NCBI GenBank assembly: GCA_001783515.1
Contig: MFMN01000004.1
Span: forward strand, 1-60,381
Reading direction: 5' to 3'
Origin: Candidatus Kaiserbacteria bacterium RIFCSPLOWO2_12_FULL_50_10
GTDB lineage: Bacteria > Patescibacteriota > Minisyncoccia > Phycocordibacterales > UBA918
Length of the DNA stretch: 60,381 nt
Part shown: one piece after another, positions 26,025 to 34,668 of the stretch
How positions within the stretch are numbered: the first letter of the stretch is position 1
Layout: the number at the start of each line of letters is the position of its first letter
Made by a program: the position numbers and the translations under genes
Notes under the pieces: generated by a model
Databases searched by the model: none
Seen by the model: only the letters and a program-made list of their open reading frames with translations
What the model was told of the DNA's origin: nothing

Positions 26025-26056
26025 AAAAAAGCGAGCGCGGGGCTCGCTTTTGTTTT
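26025..26056. terminator. Bidirectional intrinsic terminator
   Basis: aaaaaagcgagc-gcggg-gctcgcttttgtttt. Confidence 0.85.
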
Positions 26057-26076
26057 GCGTTGCGGAGTACGCTTCG

Positions 26077-26403
26077 TCAGTGACAGACGACAGCTTCGCA
26101 TTTCGCCGCTTCGTGTTCTGCCTCGGCGATCCTCTCAAGCGTGGTGTAATCGCGCTTCATTTTGATGCCGGCGCAAACAAGCGTCGAGAGTGCACTCTCC
26201 ATGCTCACACAAGGGACGGACACAAATGCCTTGTTGTTTTTCCGGTCAACATGCGCGGACGCATGGTGGCGACGAGAAAGGGTATCGAGCGCTCTTGCAT
26301 GAAGGTTTTTTCCTTCGAGGATCACCACAAGGCGCGCATCGGGAGCGTGCCGCTCGCGAGGCGACAGGGGAATCAGTGCAATACCAGTTGTCGGGACGGT
26401 CAT
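26077..26403 (-). CDS. Hypothetical small protein
   Basis: 108 aa from ATG 26403 with SD ggaga 7 nt upstream and a terminator just downstream. Preferred over the overlapping + strand ORF 25993-26481, which lacks signals. Confidence 0.5.
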   Translation of the reverse strand: MTVPTTGIALIPLSPRERHAPDARLVVILEGKNLHARALDTLSRRHHASAHVDRKNNKAFVSVPCVSMESALSTLVCAGIKMKRDYTTLERIAEAEHEAAKCEAVVCH

Positions 26404-26508
26404 TCGCGTATCTCCAAAATAAAAGAGCAACCTCACATGAGGCTCATCTACAGTATCACGAAGAATTCCGGCGTCAAGTAAGTTCTTGCGTAACGGTACG
26501 CTCTATGG

Positions 26509-26654
26509 TATATATGTCAGCAACAGGCCAAAGACAGATGGTCCTATCTCGCACGAGTAGGGTAATTGCTTCGCGCATCCATCCGAGGTTGTATCTCGTA
26601 TTGTATTCTTACAAACAGGTACGCTCCTCTAATGGCGCGTGCCTGTTATTTATT
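26509..26654 (+). promoter_or_regulatory. Putative rplJ promoter plus ~145-nt leader with attenuator hairpin (L10-leader-like)
   Basis: ggTATATA at 26509-26514. Stem acaggtacgc/gcgtgcctgt (26614-26646) is followed by tatttatt, 15 nt before the rplJ ATG. Confidence 0.45.
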
Positions 26655-26668
26655 ACTAACAATCCAGT

Positions 26669-27160
26669 ATGGCAATTACCAAATCAAAAAAGGAAGCCAT
26701 TGTTGGAAAGTTTGGTGACGTTGCGAAAGAGGCACAGTCAATCGTATTTGTAAACTTCAACGGCCTCACGGTAGGTGAAGTGACAAAAATGCGTGCTGAC
26801 CTCCGCGCAAAGGGTGTGGGCTACTTCGTTTCGAAGAAGACTCTCATCGAGCGTTCGCTTACGCCTGCATACGAAGGAACCATGCCATCACTCGATGGTC
26901 AGGTAGCCGTCGCATGGAGCGCAGACCCGCTCGCTTCCGCACAGGAAGTCCTCGCGTTCACGAAGGAGTTTAAAGATAAGCTCTCAATCCTCGGCGGCGT
27001 TTTTGAAGGAAACTTCAAGAACAAGGCAGAGATGAGTGAGATTGCATCTATCCCACCACTCCAGACACTTCGTGGTATGTTCGTCAACGTTATCAACTCT
27101 CCAATTCAGGGGCTTGCTATTGCACTCGATGCGATCGCGAAAAAGAAAGAGACTGCATAG
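26669..27160 (+). CDS. rplJ: 50S ribosomal protein L10
   Basis: 163 aa, directly upstream of L7/L12; FVNFNGLTVGEVTKMRADLR. Confidence 0.92.
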   Translation: MAITKSKKEAIVGKFGDVAKEAQSIVFVNFNGLTVGEVTKMRADLRAKGVGYFVSKKTLIERSLTPAYEGTMPSLDGQVAVAWSADPLASAQEVLAFTKEFKDKLSILGGVFEGNFKNKAEMSEIASIPPLQTLRGMFVNVINSPIQGLAIALDAIAKKKETA

Positions 27161-27190
27161 TCCTTTCGCCATTAATCAATTCATATATTT

Positions 27191-27598
27191 ATGTCAGAAG
27201 TAGAAAACACAGCAGCTGCAACAGAATTTGTTGTTCCTGCAGAGTTCAAGGACATCGTTGAGAAAATCGAAACGATGTCAGTACTCGACCTCCACAAGCT
27301 CGTGAAGGTATTCGAAGAAAAGTTCGGTGTATCAGCAGCAGCAACTGCAGTTGTTGCAGGTCCTGCAGCAGGTGCAGCTGAAGAGCAGTCAGAATTCGCG
27401 GTAGAACTTACCGACGCTGGCGCAACAAAGATTGCCGTTATTAAGGCAGTTAAGGAAGCTCTCGCACTTGGCCTCAAGGAAGCTAAGGACCTCGTTGACG
27501 CAGCACCGTCTGTTGTTAAGGAAGGTATGAAGAAGGCTGATGCTGAAGTGCTTAAGGCAGCTCTCGAAGCAGCAGGCGCTAAGGTCACCCTTAAATAA
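27191..27598 (+). CDS. rplL: 50S ribosomal protein L7/L12
   Basis: 135 aa with an Ala-rich hinge and C-terminal [24 protein letters not shown]...AGAKVTLK. Confidence 0.95.
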   Translation: MSEVENTAAATEFVVPAEFKDIVEKIETMSVLDLHKLVKVFEEKFGVSAAATAVVAGPAAGAAEEQSEFAVELTDAGATKIAVIKAVKEALALGLKEAKDLVDAAPSVVKEGMKKADAEVLKAALEAAGAKVTLK

Positions 27599-27604
27599 TT
27601 CACT

Positions 27605-27731
27605 CGGATTCTTCCAAAATGAGCGAATTTGCATTGGCTTCACAGATGTTTCGTCCTCACCGTACTTGGGTACGGCTCCGGCGAAAATCTGCTCCAGCCA
27701 ACGCAACTTCATCTCATTTAGAAAGAATCCG
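27605..27731 (+). repeat. Family A long-hairpin repeat, copy A3 (after rplL stop)
   Basis: cggattcttccaaaatgagcgaatttgcattggct...ccgtacttgggtacgg...agccaacgcaacttcatctcatttagaaagaatccg. Confidence 0.9.
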
Positions 27732-27754
27732 CATTGCTCAAAATTGAGTAGAGA

Positions 27755-27791
27755 AAAATCGCAGCACCTCGGTGGTGCGATTTTTTTGTTT
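27755..27791 (+). terminator. Intrinsic terminator of the rplJL unit, downstream of copy A3
   Basis: aaaaatcgcagcacc-tc-ggtggtgcgatttttttgtttt. Confidence 0.85.
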
Positions 27792-27932
27792 TCATGAATT
27801 ATTCTCCTACCTTTAAAGAAATCCGCAAACCTCATGATGTGGTCACCCTCGGAATGTTGAAAGTAAACGAAGCGTGAGCGGAGTATTACTTTCACATATC
27901 CGGGGAGTAAGGTGACGAGCAATGTTCTTAAG

Positions 27933-28003
27933 CCTGGATCCCCGGGTTCTTAGAAAATATACTACGCTATCGCTCTGTTATTTTCTTAAGCCCCGAGGAT
28001 GAC
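27933..28003 (+). mobile_element. Family C short MITE-like element
   Basis: cctggatccccgggttcttagaaaatatac...ttattttcttaagccccgaggatgac. Confidence 0.8.
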
Positions 28004-28036
28004 AATCGGGGGTACTCACTAATAACTAACTTGTGC

Positions 28037-28042
28037 TATACT
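28037..28042 (+). promoter_or_regulatory. Extended -10 (TGcTATACT), 6 nt before ATG 28049 (leaderless)
   Basis: tTGcTATACTcgtgccATG. Confidence 0.55.
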
Positions 28043-28048
28043 CGTGCC

Positions 28049-28726
28049 ATGTTTCTTTCAGACACTGTGGTGGTAGATATTGTGCCGGCGATTATTCCGA
28101 CAAGTAGCGAAGACCTTCAAGGCAAACTTTCGTGTGCGAGTGCATTTGCAAGCGACGTACAGATCGACATTGTCGACGGCGTCTATGCAAAGCCGGCTTC
28201 GTGGCCGTTTGCAGAGAACTCACTCGGAGAACTCGCAGGCTTTCAGCGCCCAGCACTCAATGTCGAGCTTGATCTCATGATCAAAAACCCGCTCGAGCAT
28301 CTCGATGCGCTCATGGCATTAAAGCCGACGCGCGTGGTGGTACACATTGAGTCAATCGACGACCTCGATGCCATTATCGCGCACAGCAAGACGCACGACT
28401 ACATCCTCGGCATCGGCGTCAGTCTCGATACGCCCATTAAGTACATCGAAACGCTCGATGCCTCAGACATTGGCTATTTCCAAATTATGGGCATTGCAAC
28501 GATTGGCTCACAAGGGCAGCCATTCGATGAGCGTGTGCTCACCAAAATTCGCGAAGTGCAAGGATGCTGCGCGGAACACCCCGTCTCCATAGATGGTGCC
28601 GTGAACAAAGAAACATTGCCGCGACTCTACACCGCGGGCGCATCACGCTTTGTGGTCGGCTCAGCTATCTGGAATGCCGAGAATCCAGCCGCTGCGTACG
28701 AAGCGCTCAAGACTATCACCATATAA
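28049..28726 (+). CDS. Ribulose-phosphate 3-epimerase family protein
   Basis: 225 aa TIM-barrel pattern: IVPAIIP...DVQIDIVDG...ELDLMIKNP...VVVHIES...IMGIATIGSQGQPF...VSIDGAVN...VVGSAIW. Confidence 0.65.
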   Translation: MFLSDTVVVDIVPAIIPTSSEDLQGKLSCASAFASDVQIDIVDGVYAKPASWPFAENSLGELAGFQRPALNVELDLMIKNPLEHLDALMALKPTRVVVHIESIDDLDAIIAHSKTHDYILGIGVSLDTPIKYIETLDASDIGYFQIMGIATIGSQGQPFDERVLTKIREVQGCCAEHPVSIDGAVNKETLPRLYTAGASRFVVGSAIWNAENPAAAYEALKTITI

Positions 28727-28761
28727 ACACCACTTCCGCAAGACACGCGAAGTGGTGTTTT
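28725..28761 (+). terminator. Intrinsic terminator
   Basis: aaacaccacttc-(12 nt)-gaagtggtgtttt. Confidence 0.75.
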
Positions 28762-28780
28762 GTCATATACTTGCATGCGT

Positions 28781-30331
28781 ATGCATAAAGAAGAAAAACA
28801 GAAATGGTATAAGAATAAGGACCTCACCACAGGTCTTATCTGGTTGGGTCTAGGGCTTATTCTTACAGTTGGGACATTCGTATCGGCTGAATCGGGCGGT
28901 CGTTTTGTTATCGCAATAGGTCCACTTATATACGGCGTTTACCGTTTGTCCAAAGCAAATACTTCATTCGGTATCCGTGCCTTCCATGCGTTTGTCGTCG
29001 TCGCCCTTATCGGCACGCTTGGCTATTTCACGTACGGCGCCATTACCGGCACAAATTCGTACGCGTTTAAACGAGGGCTCGATATAGCCGGTGGTACCCA
29101 GCTTACCTACGTCGCGAATACCGACGGAGTCGACCCTGCAGAAGCAAAAGAACTTATGGATGTCTTGCGCGACGTTATCGAAAAGCGCATCAACGTCTTC
29201 GGTGTTTCTGAACCGCTCGTGTACACCGAAACAGGGAGTAAGCTGTCTGACGGCCCGGCATATCGACTTGTTGTCGAGCTTCCCGGCGTGACGAATATTG
29301 ACGACGCCGTTGCACAAATCGGCGCAACACCGCACCTTGAATTCAAACTCGTCTCACAAGACAAGGATGTTCTCGCTGCACAGCAAAAATTTAACGAAGG
29401 GAAGTACACGGAGCTTACCGAGGAAGAATTTGCCATGCTCGACAAAGTGTTTGCCGTCACGGGACTTACGGGGCGCTATGTCACGAGTGCGCAGGTTGCC
29501 TTCAGCCAAGGGCAAGGCGGACTCAGCGAGCCTGTCGTTAACCTTACCTTCAACGACGAAGGCTCGAAACTTTTTGCAGACATCACGGGCGCACACGTCG
29601 GTGAACAGCTCGCTATTTTCCTTGACGGGCAGCTTCTTTCCGCGCCGACCATTAACGAACAAATCGCCGGTGGCACCGCAGTAGTTTCGGGCAACTTTAC
29701 GCTCCAGGGCGCAAAGGATCTCGCCAATAGCCTTGCCTTTGGTTCACTTCCGATTGCTATCGAACTTGCGTCAACCCAGATTATCGATGCGACACTTGGC
29801 GCGGCAGTTATCAATGACGGCGTACGGGCAGGGCTCATTGGCTTCGGTCTCATCGCGCTTCTTCTGGTGCTCTGGTATCGCGCAACGGGTATTGTGTCGG
29901 TTGCGGCACTCGCGGCATACGTTGCCATTATGCTTGCACTTACTTTGACGATTCCGGTCACGCTCACCGCAGCAGGTATTGCTGGTCTCGTGCTCTCTAT
30001 TGGTATCGCTATTGATGCGAACGTACTTATCTTTGAACGCTTCAAAGAAGAATTCCGTGCGGGTGCCTCGGTGCATGACGCGCTCCAGGTCTCCTTCACG
30101 CGCGCATGGCCGGCAATCCGCGACGGCAACGTCACGACACTCTTCGCTGCGGTGGTGCTCTACTGGTTCGGTACTTCGTTTGTGCAGGGCTTCGCCTTCA
30201 TGCTTATTCTCGGGACGCTCGTGTCCATAGTTTCTGCAATGCTTATCACCCGCGCGTTCGCACGACTCTTGCCAGACATTCACGTGCATGACAAGACGTT
30301 TATCAGTAAGCTCCTTAATATCGGCGCATAA
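28781..30331 (+). CDS. secD: Protein translocase subunit SecD (start uncertain: 28760, 28775 or 28781)
   Basis: GLDIAGGTQLTY, a periplasmic domain, and a C-terminal 6-TM bundle with IDANVLIFERFKEE. TATACT at 28766-28771 sits just upstream. Confidence 0.88.
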   Translation: MHKEEKQKWYKNKDLTTGLIWLGLGLILTVGTFVSAESGGRFVIAIGPLIYGVYRLSKANTSFGIRAFHAFVVVALIGTLGYFTYGAITGTNSYAFKRGLDIAGGTQLTYVANTDGVDPAEAKELMDVLRDVIEKRINVFGVSEPLVYTETGSKLSDGPAYRLVVELPGVTNIDDAVAQIGATPHLEFKLVSQDKDVLAAQQKFNEGKYTELTEEEFAMLDKVFAVTGLTGRYVTSAQVAFSQGQGGLSEPVVNLTFNDEGSKLFADITGAHVGEQLAIFLDGQLLSAPTINEQIAGGTAVVSGNFTLQGAKDLANSLAFGSLPIAIELASTQIIDATLGAAVINDGVRAGLIGFGLIALLLVLWYRATGIVSVAALAAYVAIMLALTLTIPVTLTAAGIAGLVLSIGIAIDANVLIFERFKEEFRAGASVHDALQVSFTRAWPAIRDGNVTTLFAAVVLYWFGTSFVQGFAFMLILGTLVSIVSAMLITRAFARLLPDIHVHDKTFISKLLNIGA

Positions 30332-30336
30332 TTTCT

Positions 30337-31296
30337 TTGTCTATGATTTCTCGTTTTCTCAAACACTATCTCATCGCGTTTGTCGCAATCATGATTGTCT
30401 CTGTCGGCATTCTTGTCGCCTACACTCCTCGCATTGGACTCGAATTTACGGGCGGTGCGCTTACGGAAGTGCGCTACGAAGTGGCACCAAGCCTTGAGGC
30501 ACTCTACGCATTGCTTGATACACTGCCGCTTGCAAAGCCACTCGAAAGCTACGCGCTTCGCGAAACAACGTTTAACGACGGCAAGGCGGGTATTATGCTC
30601 CGCACCCGCGAACTCGTCGAAGCAGAACGTATCGCCATTCATGGCGCGCTCGTCGCCTCTGACGCATCATCAACCGTAACACGCTACACCGCCGTCGGCT
30701 CGGTGGTGGGTCAGGAACTTATCGACAAAGCATGGTGGGCAATCGCGGCGATTATTCTCTCGATTGTGCTCTATGTCGCGTTCGCATTCCGCGGCACGCC
30801 GGGGAACTTCAAGAGCAGTCTCTTTGGTATCGTTACCGTGGCAGTGCTCGTGCATGACCTTGTGGTTCCGAGCGCAGCGCTTGCTATCCTTGGGCAAACT
30901 GCCGGCGCAGAAATCGACACGCTCTTTGTGATTGCGCTCCTCGCCATTCTCGGCTACTCCGTCAATGACACGGTTGTTATCTTTGACCGTGTTCGCGAAG
31001 AGCTCCAGCGCGATGCACAGAAGAAAGTAGCGCGCACTCTTGCAGAAATTGTGGATACCGCAACCAAGCTCACGCTCGGACGTTCACTCAACACCTCAAT
31101 GACGGTTGTCTTCGTGCTTGCAGCACTCTACGTGTTCGGTGCGCCGGTCACGGCAACCTTCTCGCTCATCATGCTTATCGGTGTCCTCGCGGGAACGTAC
31201 TCGTCGATCTTTATCGCCACGCCACTTCTTATTGCGCTCGCACCAAAATTCATGCGTCCACAAGAAGATGACGCAGCGCCTACGCCGAGCGTATGA
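30337..31296 (+). CDS. secF: Protein translocase subunit SecF
   Basis: 319 aa starting 5 nt after the secD stop, with GLEFTGG and YSVNDTVVIFDRVRE. Confidence 0.9.
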   Translation: MSMISRFLKHYLIAFVAIMIVSVGILVAYTPRIGLEFTGGALTEVRYEVAPSLEALYALLDTLPLAKPLESYALRETTFNDGKAGIMLRTRELVEAERIAIHGALVASDASSTVTRYTAVGSVVGQELIDKAWWAIAAIILSIVLYVAFAFRGTPGNFKSSLFGIVTVAVLVHDLVVPSAALAILGQTAGAEIDTLFVIALLAILGYSVNDTVVIFDRVREELQRDAQKKVARTLAEIVDTATKLTLGRSLNTSMTVVFVLAALYVFGAPVTATFSLIMLIGVLAGTYSSIFIATPLLIALAPKFMRPQEDDAAPTPSV

Positions 31297-31832
31297 TAAT
31301 CGGCATTACCGGTTCATTCGGCGCAGGGAAGGGCGAGGTGGTTGAATACCTCAAAGCTGCCCACGGATTTTCGCACCACTCAGCAAGCGGATTTATTACC
31401 GAAGAAGTTGTGCGGCGAGAGCTGCCGCTTAATCGTGACAGCATGACGCTTGTTGCGAATGAGCTTCGTGCGCAGCATGGCGCAAGCTATGTTGTCGACA
31501 GTCTCTATGCGCGTGCGCAGGCAGCAGGCGGTAACGTCGTCATCGAAAGTCTTCGTGCGCCTGCCGAAGTTGCCCGCATTCGCGAACTCGGCGGCTTCGT
31601 TATCGGTGTCGACGCTCCCGCGCAGCTTCGCTATGACCGCGCCGTGAAGCGCGGCAGTGAAAAAGACGCTGTTACCTTCGAGTACTTCCTCGCGCAAGAG
31701 AGGCGTGAGCAAAATCCGGGCGACCCCACCAAACAAAACATCTTCGAAGCACTCAAGCTTTCCGACATTGTCATCCAAAACGACGACACTCTCGAAACCC
31801 TCGCAGAAAGAATCGAAGCAGCACTACCCTAG
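31293..31832 (+). CDS. P-loop nucleotide kinase (dephospho-CoA kinase / dNMP kinase-like)
   Basis: 179 aa with Walker A GITGSFGAGKG and an ATGA overlap with the secF stop. Confidence 0.6.
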   Translation: MIIGITGSFGAGKGEVVEYLKAAHGFSHHSASGFITEEVVRRELPLNRDSMTLVANELRAQHGASYVVDSLYARAQAAGGNVVIESLRAPAEVARIRELGGFVIGVDAPAQLRYDRAVKRGSEKDAVTFEYFLAQERREQNPGDPTKQNIFEALKLSDIVIQNDDTLETLAERIEAALP

Positions 31833-31845
31833 CGGTGGTGTTTTT
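31822..31845 (+). terminator. Intrinsic terminator overlapping the kinase stop codon
   Basis: cactacc-ctagc-ggtggtg followed by ttttt. Confidence 0.6.
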
Positions 31846-31876
31846 GTTTCTCTAGAAGAGACGCGGTGGAGTTTTT

Positions 31877-32237
31877 TATAATCTGTGCTAGACTCGAATT
31901 GGAGCCAGCAACCCTTACAAGGAAGCTGGACGTCCGACGTCTCGTTCTTTCAACCCACTCAGGAGATTCGCATGGAGAAAACCATGGACAACCGCCGTCC
32001 GATCCACGACCGCAAGCCGCGGATCATCACCGCCGCCATCTGATCGCACCGCTTGGTCAAAGGCAGCATCGTTCCATTCGTGCACTACGAGTGGTCTCAC
32101 AACGCGTCCGAAAGGATACCGCAATGTCCGAAATGGCTCTCGCCTGAATCGCCGCGCCCCAATCTCCCGCCTCCTCAAGAGGAGGCGCCCCCCCAACCAA
32201 CACCCATCGGGTGGGCCGCACGACCGTGCGGCTTTTT
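31877..32237 (+). other. Orphan GC-rich unit: TATAAT, SD plus 23-codon basic sORF (31972-32043), structured tail, strong terminator
   Basis: TATAAT 31877-31882. aggag-N6-ATG encodes MEKTMDNRRPIHDRKPRIITAAI. Hairpin cgcctcctc-aa-gaggaggcg, then terminator gccgcac-gacc-gtgcggc-ttttt (32215-32237). Confidence 0.4.
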
Positions 32238-32274
32238 ACGTGTCTCCACACTTTGTATTTTCTGCATCCTGTCG

Positions 32275-32280
32275 CATAAT
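32275..32280 (+). promoter_or_regulatory. -10 box CATAAT, 6 nt before ATG 32287 (leaderless)
   Basis: cgCATAATaggcgcATG. Confidence 0.45.
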
Positions 32281-32286
32281 AGGCGC

Positions 32287-34545
32287 ATGTCAAAACCATA
32301 CATGTTCACGGCGCTCATTGCACTTATGTTCGTGCTTATTGTGAGTATCGTCCTCCGCTACACCGGCGCAGCTGACGTGTCAACATCCGCAGAAATTGAG
32401 AATACCGCACCAACCGTCGATACCATCCGCTTCTCGACAAGCGCATACGGCGCCGACGACCTCTCGACAAGCGGTATTCTCCCGAACATCGGCGCAGACC
32501 GCACCATTCACATCAACGGTCAAATCACCGACCTCAACGGAGAGAGCGACATCGCCTCGTCAACTCTTTCCCTGATGTTCTATCACAGCGCCGCCACAGC
32601 AGGCTGTACCGAGGACAAAAACGACTGCTACTTCGTCGCGACCTGTGATGCGAATTACACGAGCGGCGACGACACACAAATAGCATACGACTGTCCTGTC
32701 TCGCTCGCCTACTGGGTGGATGCGACTGACAGTGCATCAATCTACGAACCAAACACTTGGCTCGCGGATGTCTTCGTTGAGGATGTGGCAGGTTTGGCGA
32801 ATACCAATACCGCAACCATCGAAGTGAACTCACTTCTTGCGCTCAACCTTCCTGATGGCATCGACTACGGTACCCGCGCGCTCGGCGAGCAGTCATCAAG
32901 TACCACGAACGTCGAAACTGTCCTCACGCAGCGCGGCAACACCAAGGCAGACGTCGAAGTTCTCGGCACCACCATGAGCTGTTCCGCACTCGGTACACTA
33001 CCTATCGACGCACAAGCCTGGTCACTCACCGATACTGACTACGCATCAGGAACAACTCTCACTGGTTCTTTTGTGCCGACACTCCGCAACATCAATCTCC
33101 GCACCGACGACGCAAACGAACTCACCGCAAGCCTCTACTGGAACATCGCGATTCCTGCATCAGGCGTGAAGGGAACATGTACAGGTTCGAATACCATCGT
33201 GATTGTGGCGCAGCCGATCGAACAGGCGCTTCTTCTTGACGGTCGTCTTCAGAATGTGCACTACACAACAGGCACTCGTTCAGGCTTTACCGGCAGCACC
33301 GGAAACTTCATTATTGAAGCAGGAGAAACCTACACGTTCTCAATTGGTGGCGTCACGATTGGTACTATTTCCTATGACAGTATCCCGACCGACCGCTTTG
33401 TATTTCTTCAAGACTTGCTCGGGCTCGCGCGCACCAATACAACAGACACAGGACTCGTGAAGCGCGCGCAGTTTATTCAGTCGCTCGCTACAGAAACGAA
33501 CCTCACGGGAGCTACGGTACTCACCATCCCTACAACGGCACATACACGACTCGGGGAACCTATTGACTTTAGCTCCGTCAGCGATGCTACTCTTCAAGCT
33601 AAGATTGACATTGTCCACAGTGGCAGAACACTGCGCACAGCCACGCAGGCACAAGAGCACATGAACGACACCCTTACCTATGAAGGAGTCGCAAGTAGCT
33701 ACACGGTTACTGCGGTACAGGGCGCAAACACGACGATCTCACCAGCAAGTAGAACCGTCGCAAGCGGCAATACGACAAGCTTCACCGTTTCCGCAAACTC
33801 GGGCTACACGCTCTCGGTTTCTGGCTGTGGCGGCACACTCTCAGGCGCAACCTACACAACAGGAGCTATTACTGCAAATTGTACGGTAACAACAAGCGCA
33901 ACAGCGCAAGAGGGCACCATCACCCAGTATGGCACCGTTGCCTACGCGGGTGGTCCGTATGACCAGCTCGGCACCACCAGAAACCAAGGCGGTTATTACC
34001 GAACGGTAACCATCGGTACGCAAACTTGGTTTAAGGAAAACTTGAACCTCGGCACGATGATTACTGGCACCACAAACCAAACCAACAACAGCACTCTCGA
34101 AAAATATTGCTATAGCAATAGCACCACACGATGTGCGAATGATGGCGCGCTCTATCAGTGGAATGAAGCGATGCAATACAGCACAACCGAAGGCGCACAG
34201 GGTATTTGCCCGAACGGTTGGCATATTCCTACCGACGCAGAGTGGAAGACACTCGAAATCTTCCTTGGTATGACGCAGGCGCAAGCAGATGCGACAGGCA
34301 ACCGAGGTACTGACCAAGGTACGAAACTCAAAGTTTCTGGCAGCTCAGGCTTCGACGCCGTTCTTGCAGGCTATCGTGATGGCGCTGGCGCGTTTAACCA
34401 TCAAGCTGCAGGAACACTCATCTGGTCGTCGACAATCTCTGGCGCCAACGCCTGGAGACGAAGTGTCTACACGGGTAATACCACCGTTATTCGCTACACC
34501 GACAGTCAGCAGAACGGCTTCTCCGTCCGTTGTCTCCAAGACTAA
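32287..34545 (+). CDS. Membrane-anchored surface protein with C-terminal Fibrobacter-succinogenes-major-paralogous (FISUMP, TIGR02145-like) domain
   Basis: 752 aa from ATG 32287 with an N-terminal anchor (FTALIALMFVLIVSIVL). The C-terminus has TIGTQTWFKENLN...GALYQWNEAM...ICPNGWHIPTDAEWKTLE...GFSVRCLQD. Confidence 0.8.
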   Translation: MSKPYMFTALIALMFVLIVSIVLRYTGAADVSTSAEIENTAPTVDTIRFSTSAYGADDLSTSGILPNIGADRTIHINGQITDLNGESDIASSTLSLMFYHSAATAGCTEDKNDCYFVATCDANYTSGDDTQIAYDCPVSLAYWVDATDSASIYEPNTWLADVFVEDVAGLANTNTATIEVNSLLALNLPDGIDYGTRALGEQSSSTTNVETVLTQRGNTKADVEVLGTTMSCSALGTLPIDAQAWSLTDTDYASGTTLTGSFVPTLRNINLRTDDANELTASLYWNIAIPASGVKGTCTGSNTIVIVAQPIEQALLLDGRLQNVHYTTGTRSGFTGSTGNFIIEAGETYTFSIGGVTIGTISYDSIPTDRFVFLQDLLGLARTNTTDTGLVKRAQFIQSLATETNLTGATVLTIPTTAHTRLGEPIDFSSVSDATLQAKIDIVHSGRTLRTATQAQEHMNDTLTYEGVASSYTVTAVQGANTTISPASRTVASGNTTSFTVSANSGYTLSVSGCGGTLSGATYTTGAITANCTVTTSATAQEGTITQYGTVAYAGGPYDQLGTTRNQGGYYRTVTIGTQTWFKENLNLGTMITGTTNQTNNSTLEKYCYSNSTTRCANDGALYQWNEAMQYSTTEGAQGICPNGWHIPTDAEWKTLEIFLGMTQAQADATGNRGTDQGTKLKVSGSSGFDAVLAGYRDGAGAFNHQAAGTLIWSSTISGANAWRRSVYTGNTTVIRYTDSQQNGFSVRCLQD

Positions 34546-34552
34546 TCATCCC

Positions 34553-34582
34553 AAAACATCACCGAAAGCGGTGGTGTTTTTT
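34553..34582 (+). terminator. Intrinsic terminator
   Basis: aaaacatcaccg-aaag-cggtggtgtttttt. Confidence 0.8.
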
Positions 34583-34668
34583 GTGGAAGGGGAGTACAGC
34601 TGCATCCCCTTTGACTTTTCAAAAAGGGAGGAGTACACTTTGCGCTTCGTCAGAGTAACAATATCACC

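Noticed and set aside
25993-26481. 162-aa plus-strand ORF between groEL and rplJ
   Set aside because: It starts inside the groEL terminator hairpins and has neither an SD nor a -10. The overlapping minus-strand ORF 26077-26403 has an SD and a downstream terminator, so I preferred it, although neither is certain.
31886-32237. Possibility that the orphan unit is RNase P RNA, tmRNA, SRP RNA or 6S RNA
   Set aside because: By eye I could not find the universally conserved RNase P boxes, tRNA-like tmRNA ends with a T-arm, or the SRP helix-8 motif. It is retained only as an unknown unit, and a covariance-model search is still needed.
32053-32286. In-frame 78-codon upstream extension of the FISUMP ORF given in the track
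   Set aside because: It would start at a TTG inside the orphan GC-rich unit and read through a strong terminator (32215-32237). ATG 32287 has the CATAAT-N6 context and is followed immediately by a membrane anchor.
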